A DNA stretch of 64,000 bases from NCBI RefSeq assembly GCF_964355755.1, contig NC_092670.1, forward strand, positions 22,678,795 through 22,742,794, given 5' to 3'. The notes beneath the pieces are model-generated. The model did no database searches and had not been told where the DNA came from. It saw only the letters and a program-made list of their open reading frames with translations. Origin of the DNA: Antedon mediterranea. Taxonomy: Eukaryota > Animalia > Echinodermata. Positions within the stretch are counted from its first letter, which is position 1. Each line of letters opens with the position of its first letter. Shown here in pieces: positions 13,032 to 23,832 of this stretch. The translations under genes were made by a program, and so were the position numbers.

Positions 13032-14235
13032 TTGGTTATCCGCACTTGGCGGATAACCCCTTGTTATTGTCAGGATCTTTTTTTTTTTTTTCGATATTCT
13101 TCTTTCTTTCCACGAATTTTGTTCGCAGCGTATCTCTACTTCTAGCCAACATATGATTCTATAACTTTGTTATAAGATTGGCCTGTAGCTGTAGATGTGC
13201 AGGACATTTTTTTTTTCGAATTTTGAGTCGCGCAGCGTAAGTTACGCGCGATTTTATGAATTTCAATGATTGATCATAGATTAAAAACTAAAAGTCATTT
13301 TGTATTGAAACTCGGTGAAAATTTAAGTCATATCATGCGCAAACTTTCTATGGATTAAAAATGGCATGTTTCACATAAAGTTACGCGCGCACGTGCGTTT
13401 AAAATTTCAAAATGCGTAAAATTAATTTCTAATCAACTTTCTACGCGTTCCAGGTCATTTTGAACATTTCAAAAATTCCCACGCATGCGCAATTTTTTTA
13501 CGCGCGCGTGCGCACTTAGGGCAAAAACATCTTTTTTTTGCTTGATTTTTGTTTTTTCAGCCTTTTCTAGTAAATTTACCAATTTTCAATCAATTTCGAC
13601 TTAAAATCACGTCATACGAGCACGTAGAATTGAACAATTTGCGCGCGTTTTTGATGAAAAAGTTCAAAAATTCGTCAAAATTATGCCTTTTTTAAAACAG
13701 TCATAGATTCTAAACTCCGTGGTGAACTTTTTTTAAATTTCAGATTCTGGAAGTAGATGAGTTGTAGATAAAAAATCATTTATCAATATGCCTAACCGGA
13801 CATTGTGACGTCATAGTATGGCCACTCGAATATAAAATATAGGATTTTTGTCTCTTTCGCATAGCTCATCACATTTAATAGAGCGCATCTCCACTTATCC
13901 GTGTTTCATTTCCTCCCATTTTGTTATATTGTCTAGGCCAATCGATTATCTTTCGCATAATCTACGATTTTTTAAATTGCGATGACGTCATCATGTCCAA
14001 AAGCGTCAATAACTTTGGTCACTTATTTTCACCTATTCTGCACTGTATGTAATACGTATACAATATAATAGTGTTATACCGTATATACTTAGACGTGACG
14101 CAAAATAGAGAGCGCACTAACATTTTTTCAATGCCGTAATCGTTTTTTTGCGCGCAATATTCTAACGTATGACGTGCACGTGGCTTTTGCGCTGCGGATA
14201 ACCTAACTCGTCCGTAGTGACGAGTTCAAATCTAG
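13032..14235 (+). mobile_element. Non-autonomous Helentron unit G (short type, complete)
   Basis: Same termini as E; CTAG at 14232-14235. Confidence 0.9.
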
Positions 14236-15386
14236 TATTTATTTCTTTCTTTCCACACTTCTCTCCCATTTTTTGTGGGCAGCGTATCTCTAATTCTAGC
14301 CAACAGAAGATTGTATAACTTTGTCAAAAGATTGCCCTATATCTGTAGATGTGCAAGAAACTTTTTTTTTCAAATTTCGAGTCGCGCAGCGTAAGTTACG
14401 CGCGATTTTATGAATTTAAATTATTGATCATAGATTAAAAACAAAAAGTCATTTTGTATTGAAACTTGGTGAAAATTTAAGTCATATAAAGCGCAAACTT
14501 TCTGTAGATTAAAAATGGCAGGTTGCACAAAAAGTTACGCGCGCACGCGCGTTTAAAATTTCAAATTGCGAAAAATCAATTTCTAATCAACTTTCTACGC
14601 GTTTCAGGTCATTTTGAGCATTTCAAAAATTCCCACGCGTGCGCAAATTTTTTACGCGCGCGTGCGCACGTAGCGCAAATACATCATTTTTTTGCTTGAT
14701 TTTTGTTTTTCCTGTCTTTTTTAGTAAATTTACCAACTTTCAAACAATTTCGACTTAAAATCACGTCATACGAGCACGTAGAATTAAACAATTTACGCGC
14801 ATTTTTGATGAAAAAGTTCAAAAATTTGTCAAAATAATGCCTTTTTTTAAACAGTCATAGATTCTAAACTACGTGGTGAACTTTTTTAAAATTACATATT
14901 CTGAATGTAGATGAGTTGTAGATATAGAATCATGCATCGATTTGGCTAACCGGACCTTGTGACGTCATCGTATGGCCACACGAATATCAAATATAGGATT
15001 TTTTACTCTTTCGTCATAGCTCGTCACATTTAACAAAGCGCATCTCCTTTATCCGTGTTCCAATTCCCCCATTTTGTTATATTGTCTAGGTCAATCAATT
15101 ATCTTTCGCATAATCTACCATTTTTTAAATTGTGATGACGTCATCATGTCCAAAAGCGTCAATAACTTTGGTCACTTATTTTCACCTATTCTGCACTGTA
15201 TGTTGTACGTATACAGAATATAGTGTATACCGTATATACTTTGACGTGACACAAAATAGAGAGCGCACTAACATTTTTTCAATGGCATAATCGTTTTTCT
15301 GCGCGCAATATTCTAACGTATGACGTGCACGTGGCCTTTGCGCTGCGGATAACCTAACTCGTCCGAAGTGACGAGTTCAAATCTAG
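14236..15386 (+). mobile_element. Non-autonomous Helentron unit H (short type, left end absent)
   Basis: Starts with the same sequence as unit 0; right hairpin loop CGAAGT; CTAG at 15383-15386. Confidence 0.85.
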
Positions 15387-18059
15387 TTTCTTTTTCTTTT
15401 TCTTTGTTCTTCTTTCTTTCCACGAATTTTGTTGGTCGCATATCTCTAATTCTGGTAAATATAACATTGTATAACTTTGTCATAAGATTGACCTGTAGTT
15501 GTAGATGTGCAGCCAAGCTTTTCGACGATTTCGGAGTTGCGCAGCGTAAGTTACGCGCAATTTTGTGAATTTCAATGATTGATCATAGAATAAAAACTAA
15601 AAGTCCTTTTTTATTGAAACTTGGTGAAAATTTAAGTCATATAATGCGCAAACTATCTATGGATTAAAAATGGCATGTTTCACAAAAAGTTACGCGCGCA
15701 CGCGCGTTTAAAATTTCAAAATGCGAAAAATCAATTTCTAATCAACTTTCTACGCGTTTCATGTCATTTTGAGCTTTTCAAAAATTCCCACGCGTGCGCA
15801 ATTTTTTTTACGCGCGCGTGCGCACGTAGCGCAAAAACATCATTTTTTTGCTTGATTTTAGTTTTTTCAACCTTTTCTAGTAAATTCATCAATTTTCAAT
15901 CAATTTCGACTTAAAATCACGTCGTACGAGCACGTATAATTGAATAACTTGCGCACGTTTTTGATGAAAAACTTCAAAAATTCGTCAAAATTAGACCTTT
16001 ATTTAAACAGTCATAAATTCTAAACTACGTGGTGAACTTTTTTTAAATTACATATTCTGGAAGTAGATGAGTTATAGATATCAAATCATGCATAAATATG
16101 GCTAACCGGACATTGTTACGTCATCGTATGGCCATTCAAATATAAATAATAGGATTTTTGTCTCTTTCGTCATAGCTCATCACATTTAATAGAGCGCATC
16201 TCCAATTATCCGTATTCCATTGCTCTCCTTTTTTTTATATTGTTTAGGTCAATCAATTATCTTTCGCATGATTTACCATTTACATTTTTTTTATGACGTC
16301 ATCATGTGCAAAAGCGTCAATAACTTTGGTCGCTTATTTGCACCTATTCTGCACTGTATGTAGTACGTAATAACAGTATATAGTGTATACTCTCTATACT
16401 TAGACGTTACACAAAATAGAGAGCGCACTAACATTTTTTAAATGGCATGCTCTTTTTCCTGTGCGCAATATTCTAACGTATGACGTGCACGTGGCGTTTG
16501 CGCGGCCGATAACTTAACTCGTTCGTAGTGACGAATTCAAATTTATTTTTTTAATTTTTCTATATTCTTCTTTCTTTCCACGAAATTTTTTCGCAGTGTA
16601 TCTCTAATTCTGGAAAACATAAGATTGTATAACTTTGTCATAAGATTGACCTGTAGCTCTAGATGAGCAAGAAGCTTCGTTATATGATTTTAGAGTCGCG
16701 CAGCGCAAGTTACGCCCGATTTAATGGAATTTATGGTTGCTTATAAATTCTCAACACAAATTTATTTTTATTTTTTTATTAAGTGCATTTCATAATATTT
16801 AGCAACTTTTTGTCATGATAAAAATGGCTTGCTACGTAAAAATTACGCGAGTAGATTTGAATTCATATACATATTTTGTCTATCTATGTCATGACGTCAT
16901 CATATGACCAGTTAAATTCAAAAAAGTCAAATTAGAGCGCATCTCAGTTTCATGTTTCCAAAATCCAAATTTTTATTAAAGTAATTATTTAGATAATTAA
17001 ATTATATAACATATACAGTGTATTCTGAAATATGCTGTCAGCACTGTAAACATATTTATGTCATACTCATAGGATGGCATAATAATTGCCAGCGTGCCCA
17101 ATATTCTTCAACTTCTAAGAATATAATTAGTTAGATAATTATTCTCTGAAGTTGTTACCTTCATGTTTTATTTTGATGACGTCAACAAGTGAAAATTTGA
17201 ATGAAAATATGGGTCTCGTAATATTTTCTAAGCTTCACTGTAATATATACCAGACGTATGACACAAAATAGACACAATTCATTAAAATCTCACTTTTACC
17301 TACCTGAATTTCCTCAAAATTTCAACATGTTGTTGCTCAGAACAATTTTCGTATCGGATGCTGTGAGGTCATGCTATGGGGTCATGCTAAGGTAATAGTA
17401 ATTGGGAAGGTATGATTTTTATTTGTTTTTTGGCATAGTTCATCATTTCAACATATTACAAATCTCAGTTGTACCTTCTAAATTTGCTTTTTAAATAAAA
17501 TGTATTATGTTTTCGTTAAGAGGAATTCTTTGATCTGATCAATTATCTCAGTTACCAGTGAAACTTGCTCCAATAGATATAATATTTCTGATAAAACTAA
17601 TATCACCCCATAACTGTTAAAAATAATCTTTTATTTCAAACAAAATGAAGAAAACACACAAATATGTATAAAGTCTGTGTATTTATAAAAGCTTTCATTG
17701 GTTATTGCAAATTGCACACAATTGTTAACATAATATAGTAGGCTGTTTATACTATACAGTAGTTCATGCACACGTTCGTGATCAGTAATTTTACTTAGTA
17801 CATTATATACATGTTAATTTGTTAGTTGTGGATTTATTAAACACATATTTATTTACATATTTATAGAAGCTTCTTAATTATTAACTATAAATAATATAAT
17901 TAATAATTGAATCATTTGCTGCGTTTAGACAATTGATATGAAAGAGCAAATGACTGCATTACTGACTGCCTAAAAATCCAGATCCCATTTTGATTGAAGA
18001 GATGAAACCATTCTATTGAACACCTAAAAACCAAAACAAAGTAAATTGTTGTTATTCTT

Positions 18060-18823
18060 GCAAATGAGTAAATTATTAGTAATTTCACGTGAAACTGAAA
18101 CAAAATAATATAAAAAACAATTATACAACTGAAATTATGTATAGACCTAATGAAGTATTGGTAATCGTATAAAACAAAACATATTTTTTCTTCTGTAAAA
18201 TGCAACATTTTATTTTTAACATTACTTGAATACTGGTAGATATTGAAAGATTATCATGTGCAAAGATTGCAACATTGCATATTCAAATTCAGAACAATAT
18301 TTATAATAATATAACTCACATAAAAACAAGATTAAATTGTGTTTACTCACCAGATATTGTTTCTCCTATACAGGAGACTGACATGGGTTGAAGTTACAGA
18401 TTATTCGCTGCCCCTCTTGCATAGATAATAAATTGATTATTCTTCCACATGAGTAAATTACTGTATTAGTAATTTCATGTGGACCTGGAAAGAAAAAAAA
18501 AATAATATAAAAAAACAATTATACAACTGAAATTATGTATAGACCTAATGAAGTATTGGTAATCGTATAAAACAAAACGTATTTTCTTCTTCTGTGAAAT
18601 GTAACTTTTTATTTTCAACATTACTTGAATACTGGTAGATATTGAACGATTATTATGTACAGAGATTGCAACATTACATATTCAAATTCAGAACAATATC
18701 TATAATAATATAACTCACATAAAAACTAGATTGAAATGTGTTTAGACACCAGATATTTTTTTTCCTATACAGGAGAATGACATGGGTTGAAGTTACAGAT
18801 TACTTGCTGCCTCTTGTGCATAG
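18060..18823. repeat. About 400-bp tandem duplication downstream of the RepHel stop codon
   Basis: 18060-18424 matches 18449-18823 (e.g. ATTATACAACTGAAATTATGTATAGACC and GACATGGGTTGAAGTTACAGATTA occur in both). Confidence 0.85.
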
Positions 18824-18951
18824 AGGGTCATAATGATTTTTAGCTTGTTTTTATCAAATTGTTTTTTTTAATTTGTATCCAGTTCTATTTTCAATTCCTA
18901 AAAAAGTTTTTACAGAAATATAATTCAAATACTTAAAAGCCATTGATGCAA

Positions 18952-21900
18952 TTAAAATTTAATTTGAATGGCTTCATGATAGCTATAATAAATTGGAATT
19001 ACTTCAGCCTGTACTGAATCAAGACCTTTGCTATAAACATGATCAATCAATGTATTGTTTTCAGTTGTAGAACATGTAACATGTTGTTTGTACTCATTCT
19101 CTGCCATTAAATTATTCACTCTGGAAGATTGTTTGAAAAGATTTTCATTAAAATCACCCATTACAATACATTTTGTGCTCATTTTATGTAACTCTTCCAA
19201 ATGTTTTCTCAAATTTTGACAGAATTGATTAATATCATAACTTGGGGGTCGATAAATTACTGACACGGCAAAAGAAATCGGACTTGTTATTAAAAATGAA
19301 ACTGCTTCTATATCCTTATTACATATGTTTAATCTGCTTGAAGACGTGTTCTTGGCATACACTGCAACGCCACCATGAGCCCGATGTTTTATTTTGGAAC
19401 TGAGATCATTTGTATTAGAATACGAATCATACCTTGCTTGGTGATAAAATTTATACGGCTCAATGCGTACGTCAAAAACATCATCATCCTTGTTTAACCA
19501 TGTTTCAGTTAGACATATGATATTAGAATTCATAAACAAATCATTACACTGAAGATCAACAAAATGTTGTTTAAGCCCTTGAATGTTATGTAACATTATT
19601 GAAAATCTAGAAGCCGAATCATGACCTTGTTTATCACATTGTACGTATGAATCCATATTATTTAAGCACTTCTTTATGTTTGGATCACAATAAATCAGAC
19701 TAGGTTTAAAATTTTCAATAGTAAGTCCAGTTATTGAAGTAACACGACTGAGGCCTACATATGCTTGACCATGCGTAAAAGTATCTTTAAGGCAAACCAC
19801 CGCTTTATCCATTGTCATTCCTTGCACTTTATGAACTGTGCATGCATATGCTAATTTGAGAGGAAATTGTTTTCGACTGTATTTTTTCCCCATAGATTCT
19901 TTAAACATTTCAATTGCCTGAATACCAATGTCATTATTGTCAAATTTTACTTTAATAGATACTGGTTCGGTGTTATGATCAGGTTTGACTATTTCATCAA
20001 CATGTCCCATACATCCATTCGTTAAGCCTTTTTTAACATCTACATTTTTAATCAACATCACTCTGGCATTAATTGCAATCCATAAATAATTTAGTAAACT
20101 AGTTTGACGTGAATTCCGAGGTTTGTCACAATTTTTGCTCTGTTTCTTGCTATTTACTACACTATCTTCTGCTTTAATGCATACAATGTCTGTACAGGTT
20201 TTGTGCAACATTTTTTTATTCCATTCATCAACTTGTTTGTTGCGTGGGTAAATATGAACAGCATCTTCACATTCTTCACCTGTTTCACGTGATTTTAGAA
20301 CTAATAAATCGTTATCAGACAAACAATCATGTTTTTCTTTTGTACGCAATTTGTTTAACAATAAAGCAAATTGTTTATCTTCTTTTTGCCTCATGATTTG
20401 ATCTAACTGTACTTGCTTAAAGTTGTCTATCCACAGTGAGCTTTCCAATGTGTCTTTATATAACGAACTGCCCATCACCGGGGGTAACTGATAAAAATCA
20501 CCAACAGCAATTACTGAAATGTTACCAAATGGACTATCGTTGCGTACTTGTTTTATTTGCCTTAATCGTCCGTGGATATACCAAAGTAACCTTTGATTTA
20601 CCATTGATATTTCATCTATAATAACAATTTGCAACTGGCCCAATTTATTACGAAGTGCACTTATTTTTTCTTCTCCAAGTGGTTGATACGGAAGTGAAAT
20701 ATTAATTGGGATCGACAAAGCGCTATGAATAGTTTGGCCTTTAATATTATATGCTGCGATTCCTGTAGGAGCTAATTTCAATATTGACAAATCATCGGGA
20801 TTTTCCATAATCTTTCCGAGAATACGTGTCGCTTCATTATAAATACAATTTACCAAATGACTTTTTCCTGTACCAGCGCCTCCAGTTATGAAAGTGTAAA
20901 ATGCTTCAGGTTTTTTACCATTAACTTTGTCTAAACACCATTGTCTTGTCTTATAAAATATATGTTGTTGTTTTTCATTTAAAGATCGAATCATTTTGTT
21001 CAATTCTGGTCTTGGAATATTAAATGAATTAGACTCTACTTTAGATGTTTGATTTTTTTGAATTCCAAAATCTGGAATGAAAAAGTCATCTTCTTCATCA
21101 TCAACCTCTACATTTGGCTTTGGGTTGTCTAACCTTTCTTTTTCGCTTTCTGGACATAATAGGCTCCATGCATCTTCTTGTGGTCCAAATTTTGATAAAC
21201 ATTCCTGTGCTTCTTCTACATCATCAGAACTTTTTTCATATTGTTCCATGTTTCCATGAACTATTGACTTTACCGTTTGTAATTGACAGCCACATAATTT
21301 CACACATCCTTTCTCATGAAATTGTTCATACGTTTCAAAATTTGGAGGTTTTAACTGTTCATCTTTTCGAAATGGTAGAAATAACTGAAGTACACTCAAA
21401 AAATATTTCTCAGGTGCTGTATCCATTGGAAATCGAGGGTATCTTACTATAGCATTACTAGTTCGTGTTCTTTTTTGGATGAATCCATACTGTTTTTTTA
21501 ACTGAAATACATTCTTTTTTTGTTTGTTTCCTTTCATTTCTGATGAACTCAATATTCTATATTCCGAACAAAATTTTGCAAGGCACATTTTATTAAATTC
21601 AGAACTATTAGGTCGAGCTTTATATTTGTCGATCTTATTTGGCAACCATGCACTTACATCATCATCTGCTTTGTTTTTAATTACACTTAGTGGTAAACTC
21701 ATTCTGACAGGATTAGGTCCTACTGGGATAAATTCAACTTTTCTTGAACATTCTTTTAATCTTAAACTACAAACGCGATAAATACTTTCTTGTGCAGACA
21801 CTTCTCGGTTATTCATATAAACATTACCAAGTTTTCGCAAACTTTGTCTAGCATCTTCATTGCCTTCTTTCACTTCTGATGCTGCATGAGATAAAAGTAA

Positions 21901-23808
21901 GCCCATTTCCCGTTCAGATTTAGACATGTATCCTATAACGTAAATAATACATGCATATACATTTGTAATATACTGAATATCCATATTAGCATTCCATGCT
22001 CTCAATAAGGAAGGATTATATTGATTTACCCACACATCTTGAGGGTTTCTCTTTATAACAATTTTTTCCTCAGTAGCTACACAATTATTTGCTTTCTCAA
22101 ATGCACTCTGTGTAATACCTAAACTTTGAAAAAGTTCTATTGCATTTCTATATGTTTCTTCATTACTCACAGCATCTTTTACTGAGGTTAACAGCTCCAT
22201 TGCTTGTTTATTGTCATCATTATCATCATTGTCTTTATCCACAATTGTAGGTCTCATAACAAATGTATTTCCAGAAGGTTGTCTGGGGAAGTTAAATCTG
22301 CAATTTGTTCCCTTTTTTTTACATGATTTAGAATGTCTTTTACTGTGAATTTGCACACTTTTAACAATTTCATTCATTTCAGGATCTACAGTTTCACATG
22401 GCACAGCACAAGAAATATATTTATCGATAAAATTAATAACTTCTTTATCTTTATCTGTACCAAAAATAGGAGCATTTTCAACCCATACTAACATATGAAC
22501 ATGCGGACTTCCTCTCATTTGAAATTCAATTCGGTAAAAATAATCTATGACTTTACCAATAGGCTGTGCTTCAGACAAAATTACATTTTTCAAAAAAGTA
22601 TGAAAGCGTTTGTCAAACATTCTGGCAACAGTCACTGGATTTGATTTCAACAAATTACATTTATCTGCCCATTCCAATTCTTCAATGTTTCTTAGGTCTC
22701 CTGACTGACTTAACAATGTCGTCATTATTTCTTTCCAACGGAAGTCAGCACTTGAGAATGAAAGAAAGAATGTTGGCTTTCCAATCTGTCTAACCATTGC
22801 TATTACATCTTTCTGTGTAGCTTGCCAGTACGGTGGAGTTCCTCGAATTTGTTTTAAAAATTTATAACCCCTATCAGATTTTAAAATTTCCTCAATTTTG
22901 GTAACATTTTTCAAATCGGATACAGTAACTTTGCTAAAATCATCCTTTTTACTTGACCCTTTTCGCAATGCAATAGAAATACTTGATAAAATTTGTTGAA
23001 GTTCATATAAAGATTGAGCATAAAATATGTATTCTGCATTTTGTGCAAACCTGTTATCTATATGCATTAATCTATTATGAAAATAACGTCCGAGTGTTAT
23101 TTTAACATCTCTCGTGTCATGGAATGTTGGTTGGCCTGTTGGAAATAGCACTGGAAATGATTTTGCTTCATTGCTTTTATTACTTAATAATGCAATAGGG
23201 CTATTATTTTCACACGGTGCACAACAAATTATGTCATTAAAATATTCATCAACCAAATTTTGTCGCCTATCAACAGGTTGGAGACTTGTATCAAAGATAG
23301 CACCACACAATCGGTCTTCTACTTCTTCCTCTTCTTCTTCATTGTTTTCTACACATGTTTGATTTTCATGTACCTTAGTATTTGCATTTTCGATATTTTC
23401 TTCAGATAAATAATTATGCCATTCTTCATTAATAGCTATATCAAAATAGCACTTGTTATGATCTTGTAAATATCTAAGAGCTTGAATAACATTGGCAGTG
23501 TTAACAAATTTATATTTGTAATAACCTTTGTAAGACAACTTTCGCTTCAATTTTACGGAAATTAATTGATCATCAACCTGTGGTCTAGGCAACATTTTTA
23601 CAGTTTCAATAGTATTTGATGGTACACATACGACTGGTCCATGTATTCCATTCTGTCCACCTTTTGGTAAATTTATTAATTTCATAAAAGGAATGTTTAA
23701 TCCAATCAAATGCTGCTCTAAATTATTTAAACACCTGAGCTCAGGAGGAATTTCGTGTAGTTGTAAATTGTTTGAATTGGCTTCTGCGGGAACTTTCCCG
23801 TTTAACAT
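18952..23808 (-). CDS. Helentron Rep/helicase/endonuclease (C-terminal 1618 aa of the polyprotein)
   Basis: HUH Rep motifs YRIEFQMRGSPHVHMLVW and YVIGYMSKSE; PIF1-family helicase motifs ITGGAGTGKS, IIDEISM, GDFYQLPPV, QFPLKLAYACTVHKVQG; C-terminal EEP/AP endonuclease motifs HNIQGL, LTETWL, MGDFN, TLIDHVY, YSYH. Confidence 0.95.
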   Translation of the reverse strand: MLNGKVPAEANSNNLQLHEIPPELRCLNNLEQHLIGLNIPFMKLINLPKGGQNGIHGPVVCVPSNTIETVKMLPRPQVDDQLISVKLKRKLSYKGYYKYKFVNTANVIQALRYLQDHNKCYFDIAINEEWHNYLSEENIENANTKVHENQTCVENNEEEEEEVEDRLCGAIFDTSLQPVDRRQNLVDEYFNDIICCAPCENNSPIALLSNKSNEAKSFPVLFPTGQPTFHDTRDVKITLGRYFHNRLMHIDNRFAQNAEYIFYAQSLYELQQILSSISIALRKGSSKKDDFSKVTVSDLKNVTKIEEILKSDRGYKFLKQIRGTPPYWQATQKDVIAMVRQIGKPTFFLSFSSADFRWKEIMTTLLSQSGDLRNIEELEWADKCNLLKSNPVTVARMFDKRFHTFLKNVILSEAQPIGKVIDYFYRIEFQMRGSPHVHMLVWVENAPIFGTDKDKEVINFIDKYISCAVPCETVDPEMNEIVKSVQIHSKRHSKSCKKKGTNCRFNFPRQPSGNTFVMRPTIVDKDNDDNDDNKQAMELLTSVKDAVSNEETYRNAIELFQSLGITQSAFEKANNCVATEEKIVIKRNPQDVWVNQYNPSLLRAWNANMDIQYITNVYACIIYVIGYMSKSEREMGLLLSHAASEVKEGNEDARQSLRKLGNVYMNNREVSAQESIYRVCSLRLKECSRKVEFIPVGPNPVRMSLPLSVIKNKADDDVSAWLPNKIDKYKARPNSSEFNKMCLAKFCSEYRILSSSEMKGNKQKKNVFQLKKQYGFIQKRTRTSNAIVRYPRFPMDTAPEKYFLSVLQLFLPFRKDEQLKPPNFETYEQFHEKGCVKLCGCQLQTVKSIVHGNMEQYEKSSDDVEEAQECLSKFGPQEDAWSLLCPESEKERLDNPKPNVEVDDEEDDFFIPDFGIQKNQTSKVESNSFNIPRPELNKMIRSLNEKQQHIFYKTRQWCLDKVNGKKPEAFYTFITGGAGTGKSHLVNCIYNEATRILGKIMENPDDLSILKLAPTGIAAYNIKGQTIHSALSIPINISLPYQPLGEEKISALRNKLGQLQIVIIDEISMVNQRLLWYIHGRLRQIKQVRNDSPFGNISVIAVGDFYQLPPVMGSSLYKDTLESSLWIDNFKQVQLDQIMRQKEDKQFALLLNKLRTKEKHDCLSDNDLLVLKSRETGEECEDAVHIYPRNKQVDEWNKKMLHKTCTDIVCIKAEDSVVNSKKQSKNCDKPRNSRQTSLLNYLWIAINARVMLIKNVDVKKGLTNGCMGHVDEIVKPDHNTEPVSIKVKFDNNDIGIQAIEMFKESMGKKYSRKQFPLKLAYACTVHKVQGMTMDKAVVCLKDTFTHGQAYVGLSRVTSITGLTIENFKPSLIYCDPNIKKCLNNMDSYVQCDKQGHDSASRFSIMLHNIQGLKQHFVDLQCNDLFMNSNIICLTETWLNKDDDVFDVRIEPYKFYHQARYDSYSNTNDLSSKIKHRAHGGVAVYAKNTSSSRLNICNKDIEAVSFLITSPISFAVSVIYRPPSYDINQFCQNLRKHLEELHKMSTKCIVMGDFNENLFKQSSRVNNLMAENEYKQHVTCSTTENNTLIDHVYSKGLDSVQAEVIPIYYSYHEAIQIKF

Positions 23809-23832
23809 TTTCCTGTGGCACGTGAAACAAAT

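Noticed and set aside
4712-15914. Recurrent 70-80-aa ORFs MFHKKLRAHARLKF... in several units
   Set aside because: Frameshifted or truncated in other units, variable C-termini and no domain motif; a by-product of the repeat. A dN/dS test across copies would settle it.
3152-16546. CRISPR- or integron-like array (recurrent palindromic repeat separated by long segments)
   Set aside because: The intervening segments are homologous to each other and non-coding, the context is eukaryotic, there is no cas or tyrosine integrase gene, and the repeats are Helentron termini.
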